A stretch of 32,000 nucleotides of DNA, from contig NZ_CP195536.1 of assembly GCF_051307035.1 (NCBI RefSeq), positions 360,001 to 392,000 of the forward strand. The letters run 5' to 3'. Positions within the stretch are counted from its first letter, which is position 1. Every line of letters begins with the position of its first letter. The position numbers were made by a program, and so were the translations under genes. The notes beneath the pieces are model-generated. The model was not told the origin of the DNA. It did no database searches and was given only the letters and a program-made list of their open reading frames with translations. This document shows positions 16,424 through 25,759 of the stretch, piece after piece. This stretch comes from Psychrobacter sp. DM4. GTDB taxonomy: Bacteria > Pseudomonadota > Gammaproteobacteria > Pseudomonadales > Moraxellaceae.

Positions 16424-16912
16424 CTAAGATACGGGAAGGGTCTCTATACCCTCAATACGAGTAACAATACCCCTATCATCAAAATAAACAATCAGGTGCT
16501 GACTGGCGTTTTTGACATCGGCTATACCTTTTCTTTCGCCTTCAGTACCTGCCTTGTAGTCATAAATATAATCCCAACGATCGGGCGCTAAAGTATCTTT
16601 GATAGCGGGGCTACCCAAGGCATATAGTACCTGGTTTTGATTCATACCTACTTGAATCTTTTGCGCTTGTACTTGAGTGATAGGAGTCCCTTGCGGCAAG
16701 TCTATCTTGTATACGCTGAGCAAAGAGCAGCCAGACATAGCAACTGATGCGCTCAGTAGGCTGATAGTAGCCGCTTTGCGTAACACGCTTAGTGGCAGAG
16801 CATAAAACAATCGAGAGGTTGATGACTTTATCATGATAAGATGACTCATTAAAGATGGATTAGGCGCGATAGGTGACACTCTACCGACAATCTTGGACAA
16901 ATGATACGTCAT
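16424..16912 (-). CDS. bamE: outer-membrane protein assembly factor BamE (SmpA/OmlA lipoprotein)
   Basis: Lipobox AMSGC followed by the SmpA/OmlA core (KIDLPQGTPITQVQAQKIQVGMNQNQVLYALGSP...DRWDYIY). The maximal ORF is given here. The true start may be an internal ATG (16849 or 16834). Divergent from fur, as in Pseudomonas. Confidence 0.85.
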   Translation of the reverse strand: MTYHLSKIVGRVSPIAPNPSLMSHLIMIKSSTSRLFYALPLSVLRKAATISLLSASVAMSGCSLLSVYKIDLPQGTPITQVQAQKIQVGMNQNQVLYALGSPAIKDTLAPDRWDYIYDYKAGTEGERKGIADVKNASQHLIVYFDDRGIVTRIEGIETLPVS

Positions 16913-17112
16913 TTACAGGATATTGCCTACTACTTACGTCATTATTTACCAAATACTCTATAAGATGATAAGCTGTTTTTATATTAGATTCATGGACTTG
17001 CGCTTTGGTAGCTATAATGCCCGTCATAAAATAATATGCTCATTATGAGTGATTTTACCGTAATAAAAGTACCCAATCCGTTGCTAAAACTTCGACCGTT
17101 AGAAGGAGTACT

Positions 17113-17544
17113 ATGTCTTTTACCAATCAAGATCTACGTAAAGCGGGTTTAAAAGTTACATTACCGCGTATCAAAATATTAGAGCTGCTTGAGCGAGCAG
17201 AGATGCATCATATGAGTGCAGAAGAAGTATACAAAGCGCTAATAGGGCAAGGCGAAGATGTGGGCTTGGCTACCGTATACCGCGTATTAACTCAGTTTGA
17301 ACAAGCAGGAATCGTTGAGCGCCATAATTTTGAAAATAACCTATCCGTCTTTGAGATCACGCAAGAGGAGCATCATGACCACCTAGTTTGTGATGTTTGC
17401 GGCAAGATCGTTGAGTTTCATAATGAAACTATTGAAGAGGAGCAGCTCAAAGTTGCCAAAGAGCATGGTTTTAAATTGTCAGGTCATTCGTTGGTGCTTT
17501 ACGGTATTTGTGGCAATAAAGAATGCCAAGACAACGCAAGATAG
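17113..17544 (+). CDS. fur: ferric uptake regulator Fur
   Basis: 143-aa ORF. Winged-helix N-terminus (LKVTLPRIKILELL...ATVYRVLTQFEQAGIV) and metal-site motifs HHDHLVCDVCGK and C-terminal ICGNKEC. Strong GAAGGAG SD. Confidence 0.96.
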   Translation: MSFTNQDLRKAGLKVTLPRIKILELLERAEMHHMSAEEVYKALIGQGEDVGLATVYRVLTQFEQAGIVERHNFENNLSVFEITQEEHHDHLVCDVCGKIVEFHNETIEEEQLKVAKEHGFKLSGHSLVLYGICGNKECQDNAR

Positions 17545-17560
17545 CAGATTTTGATTCAAT

Positions 17561-17593
17561 AAAAACAGCGCTCACTTCGAGCGCTGTTTTTTT
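17561..17593. terminator. bidirectional rho-independent terminator between convergent fur and pilU
   Basis: 8-9 bp stem (A)CAGCGCTC / GAGCGCTG(T) with a 5-nt loop, flanked by A5 and T7. Confidence 0.88.
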
Positions 17594-17609
17594 AGTACTA
17601 ATGAAGAAT

Positions 17610-18731
17610 TTAATTGACGACCAATGACAATCCATCAGAATCTTCATCCGTTTTTTCGCCGCGATTTTTGCCACTTAGCTTGATTTTTAGGCGTAGGTCG
17701 TTAGCAGAGTCCGCATGCATGATCGCATCTTCGTAAGTGATCTCACCCTCTTCATACAAGTCGAGCAGTGCCTGATCAAAGGTTTGCATATTGCTATCAC
17801 GTGAGCGCGTCATCACTTCTTTGATTTCGTGGATATCACCTTTACGAATACAGCTACTAATCAGTTTTGAATTGAGCAAAATCTCAACCGCAGCGCGGCA
17901 GCTTTCGCCATCAGGCGTTGGAATAAGCTGCTGGGCTACGATTGCTTGCAAGTTCAATGATAGATCCATAAGCAGCTGACTGTGCCGCTCAGCTTCAAAA
18001 AAATGAATAATACGATCAATTGCTTGGTTGGCATTATTGGCATGCAAGGTTGCAAACACTAAGTGTCCCGTTTCAGCATACTGGATGGCATAACTCATGA
18101 CTTCAGGGTTACGAATCTCACCAATCAAGATGACATCTGGTGCTTGACGCAAAGTATTTTTGAGACCTGCTTCAAAGGAGAGCGTATCGATACCCACCTC
18201 GCGCTGGGTAATAATACAACCGCGATGCTCATGAATAAATTCGATAGGGTCTTCGATAGTAATGATATGACCGTGAGAGTTTTGATTACGATGACCTATC
18301 ATAGCCGCAAGGGTAGAGGATTTGCCTGTTCCTGTCGCACCAACCAGTAGAATAATACCGCGCTTTTTCATTGCCAGCTCTTTTAGCGAGGGCGGTAAGC
18401 ACAGTTCTTCAACCGTTGGAATCTTATTCTCGATTTTACGTAAAATCATACCTGCCATATCACGCTGAACAAAAGCACTGACCCGAAAACGAGCATGCTG
18501 CGCTTTATCAGTGATAGCAAATTGACACTCGTTCGTCGTCTCAAACTCTTTAACTTGACTTGGTGTCATCACGCTTTTGACCCATGTCATAGATTGCTCG
18601 GCGGTGAGCGGTGTCTTGCCAATCGCTAGTATCTGACCATTGATCTTCATAGAAGGTGGGACATCAGCGGTTATAAAAAGGTCTGAACCGTTTTTTTTAA
18701 CCATAAGCTGTAATAATTTATCAAAATCCAT
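17610..18731 (-). CDS. pilU: type IV pilus retraction ATPase PilU
   Basis: 373-aa ORF with Walker A GATGTGKSS and PilT-family Asp and His boxes. It lies immediately downstream of pilT. Confidence 0.92.
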   Translation of the reverse strand: MDFDKLLQLMVKKNGSDLFITADVPPSMKINGQILAIGKTPLTAEQSMTWVKSVMTPSQVKEFETTNECQFAITDKAQHARFRVSAFVQRDMAGMILRKIENKIPTVEELCLPPSLKELAMKKRGIILLVGATGTGKSSTLAAMIGHRNQNSHGHIITIEDPIEFIHEHRGCIITQREVGIDTLSFEAGLKNTLRQAPDVILIGEIRNPEVMSYAIQYAETGHLVFATLHANNANQAIDRIIHFFEAERHSQLLMDLSLNLQAIVAQQLIPTPDGESCRAAVEILLNSKLISSCIRKGDIHEIKEVMTRSRDSNMQTFDQALLDLYEEGEITYEDAIMHADSANDLRLKIKLSGKNRGEKTDEDSDGLSLVVN

Positions 18732-18828
18732 AGTTATCCTCTTTATCTATCCCTGTCCCTGTTATTTTATCTTAATGCTTGGGGTCAATCCTTTGATACC
18801 AATCACTCAGTGCAAAAGCCGTTTTACT

Positions 18829-19884
18829 CTACATAAACGCGTCTGGTTGTTTAGCATAAGGGCGAGCAACATCTTTACTAATAATGCCTTGCGCTACTAA
18901 GTTTTTAAGGGTTTGATCCAAAGTAATCATACCGTCGCTGGCTCCTGTTTGAATGGAGGAATACATCTGCGCAATTTTATTTTCGCGAATAAGGTTACGA
19001 ATAGCAGGCGTGCCGAGCATAATCTCATGAGCAGCAATACGCCCGCCTGTTTGACGCTTAAGTAAGGTCTGTGAGATGACGGCTTGTAGAGATTCAGATA
19101 ACATCGCTCGAATCATGTCTTTTTCGGCGGCAGGGAACACGTCAATCACACGGTCAATGGTTTTGGCCGCAGAGCTCGTATGCAAAGTGCCAAAGACTAA
19201 GTGTCCTGTTTCAGCAGCGGTCAGAGCCAAGCGTATGGTCTCAAGATCTCGCAGCTCACCAACCAAAATAATGTCAGGATCTTCACGTAGTGCTGATCGC
19301 AAAGCCGGCTCAAAACCTAAAGTATCTCTATGCACTTCACGCTGGTTGACTAGGCTTTTTTTGGACTCGTGTACAAACTCTATTGGATCTTCAATGGTCA
19401 AGATATGCTCTTTACGACTCTCGTTAATATAATCGATCATAGCGGCAAGGGTAGTTGACTTACCTGAACCGGTAGGCCCTGTCACCAAGACTACGCCGCG
19501 CTTAAAGTCAGAGACACGCTTGAACACCTCGCCCATGCCCAAATCCTCCATTGTCAATACTTTAGAGGGAATCGTACGAAATACCGCGCCTGCGCCGCGA
19601 TTTTGATTGAACGCATTCACACGAAAACGTGCCAAATCTGGAATCTCAAAAGAAAAATCGGTCTCAAAGAATTCTTCAAAATCTGCACGCTGCTTGTCAT
19701 TCATAATGTCATAAATAAGCTGATGCACCACTTGATGCGTCATCACAGGCATATTGATACGAGTCATCTCACCATCGACGCGAATCATCGCTTGCATGCC
19801 CGCTGATATATGTAGATCTGATGCATTGTGCTTGACCGCAAACCGCAATAAATCTTCAATGTTCAAGGTATTCTTTTCAGCCAT
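18829..19884 (-). CDS. pilT: type IV pilus twitching-motility ATPase PilT
   Basis: 351-aa ORF with Walker A GPTGSGKST and the PilT signature AHEIMLGTPAIRNLIRENK. Divergent from yggS, as in Pseudomonas. Confidence 0.96.
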   Translation of the reverse strand: MAEKNTLNIEDLLRFAVKHNASDLHISAGMQAMIRVDGEMTRINMPVMTHQVVHQLIYDIMNDKQRADFEEFFETDFSFEIPDLARFRVNAFNQNRGAGAVFRTIPSKVLTMEDLGMGEVFKRVSDFKRGVVLVTGPTGSGKSTTLAAMIDYINESRKEHILTIEDPIEFVHESKKSLVNQREVHRDTLGFEPALRSALREDPDIILVGELRDLETIRLALTAAETGHLVFGTLHTSSAAKTIDRVIDVFPAAEKDMIRAMLSESLQAVISQTLLKRQTGGRIAAHEIMLGTPAIRNLIRENKIAQMYSSIQTGASDGMITLDQTLKNLVAQGIISKDVARPYAKQPDAFM

Positions 19885-20147
19885 AATTGAGCAATCCTAT
19901 TAGTAACAATGAATCAGTAGCATTAAATCATGAATAAAAACATACAGTGCAAAATCAATAAGTACTCAAATGTGAAATACTGTAGATGAGCTAAGATAAC
20001 AATATCATAACCACTCAGACAATATTTAAATATCTAAGAAAAATTTAAAAAGTAAAATATATGCCATATTAAGATAAAATCTGAAAACAATATCATCATA
20101 GATAAAGGCGATAGCCTGAGTATCGCAAACGACTAAAAGAGAGACTT

Positions 20148-20885
20148 ATGGACGCTAAGCACGTAGATAAAAATGAGAGCTCCACAAAAGTAAGCTTCGA
20201 TAGCAAAGGTTTGATTGAGCGCTGGCAGCAAACGCTTGGACAAATCAAAGACGCCTGTGAGTCATCGCAAACAGATAACGTTACTTTGCTTGCGGTTTCA
20301 AAAACCAAACCAGTATCAATGATCGCCGCTTTAGCTGAGCAAGGGCAGCAACATTTTGGGGAAAATTACTTGCAAGAAGCGCTTGAAAAGATAGAAGTGC
20401 TAAAAAACGACACAAAAGCGAGTGAGGTCGTTTGGCATTACATCGGCAGTATTCAGCGCAACAAGACGCGAGATATTGCTGAAAATTTCGATTGGGTACA
20501 GACCCTTGAGCGCGATATTATCGCTAAGCGGCTGAACGAGCAAAGACCAGAGAGTATGACGCCACTCAACGTTTTGATCCAGCTTAATATTGACAATGAA
20601 GACAGTAAATCAGGATGTTTACCAAGCGAGCTGCCTAAGTTGATAGCGTCCATAAAAGACTATAAGCGTCTGTGTTTGCGCGGTTTGATGATCATCCCAT
20701 CCAAAGCAGATACAGATGCTTTTGTGCGTACCCAGAAACTGTTTAACGAGATTAAAGACGCGCACTCAGAGCTTATCGCTTGGGATACTTTGAGTATGGG
20801 CATGAGTGGCGATATGGCGGAGGCTATCGCAGGCGGCTCTACTACGGTACGTGTCGGTACAGCAATCTTTGGCGCGCGCGATTAA
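20148..20885 (+). CDS. yggS: YggS-family pyridoxal-phosphate homeostasis protein
   Basis: 245-aa ORF with the PLP-lysine motif LLAVSKTKP, HYIGSIQRNK, and C-terminal VRVGTAIFGAR. Confidence 0.92.
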   Translation: MDAKHVDKNESSTKVSFDSKGLIERWQQTLGQIKDACESSQTDNVTLLAVSKTKPVSMIAALAEQGQQHFGENYLQEALEKIEVLKNDTKASEVVWHYIGSIQRNKTRDIAENFDWVQTLERDIIAKRLNEQRPESMTPLNVLIQLNIDNEDSKSGCLPSELPKLIASIKDYKRLCLRGLMIIPSKADTDAFVRTQKLFNEIKDAHSELIAWDTLSMGMSGDMAEAIAGGSTTVRVGTAIFGARD

Positions 20886-21007
20886 CTTCAAAAAGTAATC
20901 TATAAGTTATCTTCAAGTTTGGTGACTAAGAGTTGATTGATTTTGAGACGATCCGTTGCCAGAATCTCAAATTGAGAATGAGCATAGTCAATGGGCGTCA
21001 TGTCACT

Positions 21008-21032
21008 AAAAAAGCTGAGCAAGTGCTCAGCT
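21008..21032 (-). terminator. rho-independent terminator downstream of nadE
   Basis: 8-bp stem AGCTGAGC / GCTCAGCT with a 4-nt loop. On the minus strand it is followed by TTTTTT. Confidence 0.75.
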
Positions 21033-21064
21033 TATAATAAATCGTTGATGCAGAGCTTTATAAA

Positions 21065-22744
21065 TTAACCTTTTATAGACCACTTATTCATTAAAGGATA
21101 GCGGCGCTCACGACCAAAAGCTTTGTGACTAATTTTGGTGCCAAGTGGCGCCTGAGCACGTTTAAACTCGCTACGATCGACTAGGCCGATGACTCGGGCG
21201 ACGACATCAGCATCAAACCCTTTATCGATGATGTCTTGATAACCCATATCTTCATCAATATACATCGTCAAGATACCATCCAATACATCATAGCCAGGCA
21301 AGCTGTCTTGGTCTTTTTGATCAGGACGTAGTTCCGCTGATGGTGGACGAGTAATCACCCGCTCAGGAATAACGGGCGTATCCTCCAAGCGATTACGGTA
21401 ATTTGCCAAGTCATACACTTGCGTTTTATAGACGTCTTTTAGCACATCAAAACCGCCTGCCATATCACCATATAGGGTTGAGTAACCCACCGCCAGCTCA
21501 GACTTATTACCGGTTGTGATGACCAGATGACCAAATTTATTGGACAATGCCATAAGTACTACGCCGCGCGCGCGGGCTTGAATGTTCTCTTCGGTAGTAT
21601 CGGCAGGCGACTTGTTGAATAAAGGCGCTAGCGTATGGCGAATGCCTTCAACCGCATCAAAGATAGGACAGACGGTATAAGAGACATTGAGACGGCGCGC
21701 TTGTGCTTGCGCGTCCTCTAGACTGATCTGCGAGGTGTACTCATACGGCATCATCACCGCATAGACTTTGTCAGCGCCTAACGCATCTACCGCGATGCAA
21801 AGCGTTAATGCCGAATCAATACCACCCGATAGACCGACGATGATACCAGAGAACCCTGATAAATTGACGTAATCTCGCAGACCAACAACCAAGGCCTGAT
21901 ACATCTCAGACTCACGGCTCAATGACAGCGGCGCTTTGTTTTGAGTATTAAATGAGTTGCTCTTGATATCTAAAGTGGCGAGCAATAACTGATTCATAAA
22001 GCGCGGGGCTTCATGAGCGATGTTACCATCCGCTTGCATGATCATAGAGCCGCCATCGAATACCAAATCATCTTGTCCGCCAACCGCATTGACATAAACG
22101 ATAGGTAGGTTATGCTCGCGGCTACGTTTGATGAGCATGTCTTTACGCTGGTCTTGTTTACTACTCTCAAATGGCGAGGCATTTAGGCTGACGATAAGAT
22201 CAGCACCTTGCTCTTTGAGATCGGCAATAGGTCCTTTTTCCCACAAGTCTTCACAGATGAGCAGACCGATAGTAATACCTTTGTAGTCGAACAACACCTG
22301 ATTGCGACCTTTATCGAAGTAGCGACGCTCATCAAAAACGCCGTAATTTGGCAATATTTGCTTGTGATAAAAGCCTTTTTGATGACCATTATGTAAGATC
22401 GCGGCTGAATTAAAGGTACCGTGATGGTCGACATGAGGGTAGCCGACAATCATGACGATATCGTCGATATCACTCAGGCTTGATAAGGCGCTTTTGATAC
22501 GACCAGATAAGCTTGGACGTAGTAATAAATCTTGCGGCGGATAGCCTAATAATGCCAGCTCAGGAAAGACGATGACATCAGCGCCTTGCTCGCGTGCTTG
22601 TAGTGCTAAGGTACGCATTTTTTCAGCGTTAGTGATGATATCACCGACCAAAAACTGCGCTTGCGCTAATGCAAAGGTGACAGTGTTTACAGGCTTGTCG
22701 CTTGGGTTATTTGTAGAGTTTGGATTATCAGTGTCTTTTGACAT
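21065..22744 (-). CDS. nadE: glutamine-dependent NAD+ synthetase (CN-hydrolase domain plus NAD synthetase domain)
   Basis: 559-aa ORF. N-terminal nitrilase-type glutaminase (FPELALLGY, ICEDLW catalytic Cys) and a C-terminal PP-loop GLSGGIDS. Confidence 0.95.
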   Translation of the reverse strand: MSKDTDNPNSTNNPSDKPVNTVTFALAQAQFLVGDIITNAEKMRTLALQAREQGADVIVFPELALLGYPPQDLLLRPSLSGRIKSALSSLSDIDDIVMIVGYPHVDHHGTFNSAAILHNGHQKGFYHKQILPNYGVFDERRYFDKGRNQVLFDYKGITIGLLICEDLWEKGPIADLKEQGADLIVSLNASPFESSKQDQRKDMLIKRSREHNLPIVYVNAVGGQDDLVFDGGSMIMQADGNIAHEAPRFMNQLLLATLDIKSNSFNTQNKAPLSLSRESEMYQALVVGLRDYVNLSGFSGIIVGLSGGIDSALTLCIAVDALGADKVYAVMMPYEYTSQISLEDAQAQARRLNVSYTVCPIFDAVEGIRHTLAPLFNKSPADTTEENIQARARGVVLMALSNKFGHLVITTGNKSELAVGYSTLYGDMAGGFDVLKDVYKTQVYDLANYRNRLEDTPVIPERVITRPPSAELRPDQKDQDSLPGYDVLDGILTMYIDEDMGYQDIIDKGFDADVVARVIGLVDRSEFKRAQAPLGTKISHKAFGRERRYPLMNKWSIKG

Positions 22745-22804
22745 TGTTATTGTTCCTATTTATGTTATGCAAATGGTTTTATATAAAATTATTATTAATT
22801 AGAA

Positions 22805-22829
22805 TCTAAGCTCAAATCTTGAGCTTAGA
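22805..22829. promoter_or_regulatory. perfect 11-bp-arm palindrome upstream of nadE
   Basis: TCTAAGCTCAA-ATC-TTGAGCTTAGA, located 61-85 nt upstream of the nadE ATG. It could be an operator or a leader hairpin. No adjacent U-run, so it is not a terminator. Confidence 0.4.
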
Positions 22830-23317
22830 ATAACGTCTACATCAGTAGGGCTTAGGCATTAATACAACGCCTGACTATCAGCTCTAACGAATGCTCTATA
22901 TTTGATTCAAAGTGTCTTAATTATTAACGACTAATACAATTTATAGTGCACTTTAATTTCAACAAAACAGCCTAGTTATAATCACTTATAGATGACGCAA
23001 AAGTGGTCTGAATCTAGCAGACAACCGCTCTAGTATAGCATTAATTAAAGACCCTTATAGAACGCGCCGGTGATTTAGCACGGCTATTAACTCAGTAAGA
23101 CGCCTATACAAAGTGACGCAAAATAACAAAGCCATTTTATCACTTAGCCGAGATTGCTATTGCTTAGAATCACAGTTGTAAGTAAAAGTTACAACACAGT
23201 ATTATATATTCGTTATATTCTAATGCATAATGATAACTATTGACTGATATGGCTTTTTGACTTGAGCTGATTTCAAGTTTTTGGCTAATACTGATATTCT
23301 TAATTTGCCATCAAATA

Positions 23318-23350
23318 CAGCTTATAGCTTTTGTCTATAAGCTGATTTTT
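23318..23350 (+). terminator. terminator-like hairpin in the leader of the AI-2E transporter gene (attenuator or sRNA 3-prime end?)
   Basis: Perfect 10-bp stem CAGCTTATAG / CTATAAGCTG with a 7-nt loop, followed by ATTTTTATTTAT. No plus-strand gene lies upstream for it to terminate. A weaker hairpin, ACTTGA/TCAAGT followed by a T-run, sits at 23260-23283. Confidence 0.4.
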
Positions 23351-23405
23351 ATTTATCTATTACTTTATAGCAAAACTCTTGCTCACTGATTTTGGTTACA
23401 CCGCT

Positions 23406-24557
23406 ATGATTGAACACTGGACAAAAGAGTTTATTATTCAGCGCTTGCTGGCTATTACGTTGCTGGCAGTACTGTTTATATTATGCTTTCAGGTAATACA
23501 GTTCTTTATAGTACCTGCACTTTGGGCGGCGATTTTGGCTTATGTCACTTTTCCTGTTTATCAGTTTTTTAATGAGAAAGCTCGGTTTAGCTCTGGGGTT
23601 AGTGCTGGGGTTATGACTGTGAGCATTACTCTTATCATCGGGATACCGCTTGTCTTTGGTCTCTTTATTTTGCAACAAGAAGCGGTGAGTTTGATTAGTA
23701 ATTTGATCTATCGTATTCGAGTCGGCTATTTAGATGTGCCTGAATCTATCAAAGACTTGCCTATCATAGGTCAACAGGTCAAAGACGTGTTATGGAGAAT
23801 CAATAAAAACCCAGAAGAGACACTTGAGGCCTTTCGGGTTTGGGTACAGTCGCATTTATATTATGGCAAAGTTGCTCTTGATGTTGTGCTCAGTAGTCTG
23901 GCCAAACTTGGTATGGCACTGATGACACTTTTTTTCTTTTACCGCGATGGTACTAGCTTGATCCGCCAAATTCGTCAAGCACTACGCAATATTATTGGCA
24001 ATCGTATCGATGGTTATATTGACTCTGTAGGTACAACCACACGTGCTGTCGTCTACGGTATTGGCCTGACGGCGCTTGCGCAAGCCCTGCTTGCTGGTAT
24101 CGGCTATTACTTCGCTGGTGCGCCCAGTCCTATTTTATTGACTATTGTTACCTTCATCATTGCGCTGATTCCTTTTGGCACGCCATTTGTTTGGGGTGGG
24201 GTGTCGATCTGGTTACTTAGTCAAGGCTATACCGCTGAGGGTATTGGTCTGGCATTATGGGGCACGTTAGTGATTAGCTGGGTGGATAATTTGATTCGTC
24301 CTATCGTCATTAGCGGTGCGACCAAGATTCCGTTTATTATCATTTTTATCGGGGTGCTCGGCGGTTTGACGGCTTTTGGTTTTGTGGGCTTATTTATTGG
24401 ACCTGTCGTACTCGCCATCGGTCTTGCGGTTTGGCGTGAGTGGATATCCAATCACAAAAATGAAGTGTTTGCGCCAAAAGAAACGATTTTGGATGATGGT
24501 AAGCTACTAGCGTCTGCTAATGAAGCCACCGTTGATAAAGGCAACACAGACACTTGA
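23406..24557 (+). CDS. AI-2E family (PerM/YdiK, UPF0118) transporter
   Basis: The ORF is open from TTG 23379, with the first ATG at 23406. About 8 TM helices. The conserved C-terminal region VDNLIRPIVISGATKIPFIIIFIGVLGGLTAFGFVGLFIGPVVLA is typical of the family. Confidence 0.88.
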   Translation: MIEHWTKEFIIQRLLAITLLAVLFILCFQVIQFFIVPALWAAILAYVTFPVYQFFNEKARFSSGVSAGVMTVSITLIIGIPLVFGLFILQQEAVSLISNLIYRIRVGYLDVPESIKDLPIIGQQVKDVLWRINKNPEETLEAFRVWVQSHLYYGKVALDVVLSSLAKLGMALMTLFFFYRDGTSLIRQIRQALRNIIGNRIDGYIDSVGTTTRAVVYGIGLTALAQALLAGIGYYFAGAPSPILLTIVTFIIALIPFGTPFVWGGVSIWLLSQGYTAEGIGLALWGTLVISWVDNLIRPIVISGATKIPFIIIFIGVLGGLTAFGFVGLFIGPVVLAIGLAVWREWISNHKNEVFAPKETILDDGKLLASANEATVDKGNTDT

Positions 24558-24601
24558 TGCTTATAATAGAATATAACTGACTACGACCTACTAATGACTT
24601 T

Positions 24602-25720
24602 ATGATAAATAACGCCAAAAATCTTACTATCGTTGCAGATAACAACATTGCCAGTCTCGCTGAATTTTTTACTACCGCAAATTTGAGTCAAACGAGTGAT
24701 CAAATGATTAACGTCGTTAGCGTCGCTGGACGTGATATTGACGCCTCGTTATTGAGTAGCTTGCAGCCCGATGTTCTTTTGATACGCTCAGTGACTCAGG
24801 TCGATGAGATGTTGCTCAAAGATAATAACAGTGTGAATTTTGTTGGTTCTGCCACAATAGGAACTGATCATGTCGATCAGCAGTATCTAAAATCTCGCAA
24901 TATTACTTTTGCCAATGCAGCGGGGTGTAGCAAGCACTCGGTGGCGCAATACGTATTGACAGCTATATTGACGCTGCGTCCCCAGTATTGGCAAAAGCCA
25001 ATGACACTTGGCATTATCGGACTGGGCAATATCGGTAGTACACTGGCTCAGTACGCCACCGATCTAGATTGGCGAGTGCTCGGTTATGATCCGCTATTAC
25101 CTGCATCGACCATTAATAATGCCAGCTTTGAGCAAGTGCTTACACAGAGTGATGTGGTCAGCTTGCATGTACCTCTGACTTATAAATATACTGCCGTAAA
25201 TACGAATGGCAGCAGCGCTTATCCAACGCATCATCTTATCGATAGTGATGCTTTGGCGAAGATGCCAGCAGATACACTACTTATCAATAGTGCTCGCGGG
25301 CCTGTCATTGATGGCTCTGCGCTCGAAGCAGATATGGGATGTACGAGTAGGCAGGTAGTGCTTGATGTGTTTGAGAACGAGCCGCAAGTGGCTGAGAGTC
25401 TACTATTTAAACTCGCTATCGCCACCCCGCATATTGCAGGTTATACCTTGGAGGGTAAGCTACGCGGCACGCAAATCATCTATGATGCACTCTGTATCAA
25501 GCTAGCAGTGATACCTACCCAATCTATGAATACTCTGCTACCTATCAATATGTTTTTGTGGTCTGAGCTCAGAGATGATCCAAATCAGCTTGTCAAGTTC
25601 TACGACATAATGCAAGATGATGCGGCTTTGAGACACAAAATTGCTGATGGAGAAGTAAGCGGGGCAGATTTTGATCAGCTGCGCCGTGAGTATCATCTAC
25701 GTCGCGAATGGCAGGCTTGA
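24602..25720 (+). CDS. pdxB: erythronate-4-phosphate dehydrogenase
   Basis: 372-aa ORF. D-2-hydroxyacid dehydrogenase NAD motif GIIGLGNIGS, catalytic region SARG...HIAGYT, and a PdxB-type C-terminal dimerisation domain. Confidence 0.9.
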   Translation: MINNAKNLTIVADNNIASLAEFFTTANLSQTSDQMINVVSVAGRDIDASLLSSLQPDVLLIRSVTQVDEMLLKDNNSVNFVGSATIGTDHVDQQYLKSRNITFANAAGCSKHSVAQYVLTAILTLRPQYWQKPMTLGIIGLGNIGSTLAQYATDLDWRVLGYDPLLPASTINNASFEQVLTQSDVVSLHVPLTYKYTAVNTNGSSAYPTHHLIDSDALAKMPADTLLINSARGPVIDGSALEADMGCTSRQVVLDVFENEPQVAESLLFKLAIATPHIAGYTLEGKLRGTQIIYDALCIKLAVIPTQSMNTLLPINMFLWSELRDDPNQLVKFYDIMQDDAALRHKIADGEVSGADFDQLRREYHLRREWQA

Positions 25721-25759
25721 TATGACAAAACTGATAATAGTCCATCATAGTAGACCCTT

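Noticed and set aside
17031-17046. A Fur-box-like element, ATAAT-ATGCTC-ATTAT, upstream of fur (downstream of a TATAAT at about 17013-17018).
   Set aside because: Only about 11 of 19 positions match the GATAATGATAATCATTATC consensus when aligned without a gap, and the arm spacing is one nt short. AT-rich palindromes of this quality are common in this DNA. It is worth an EMSA but is not a supportable call.
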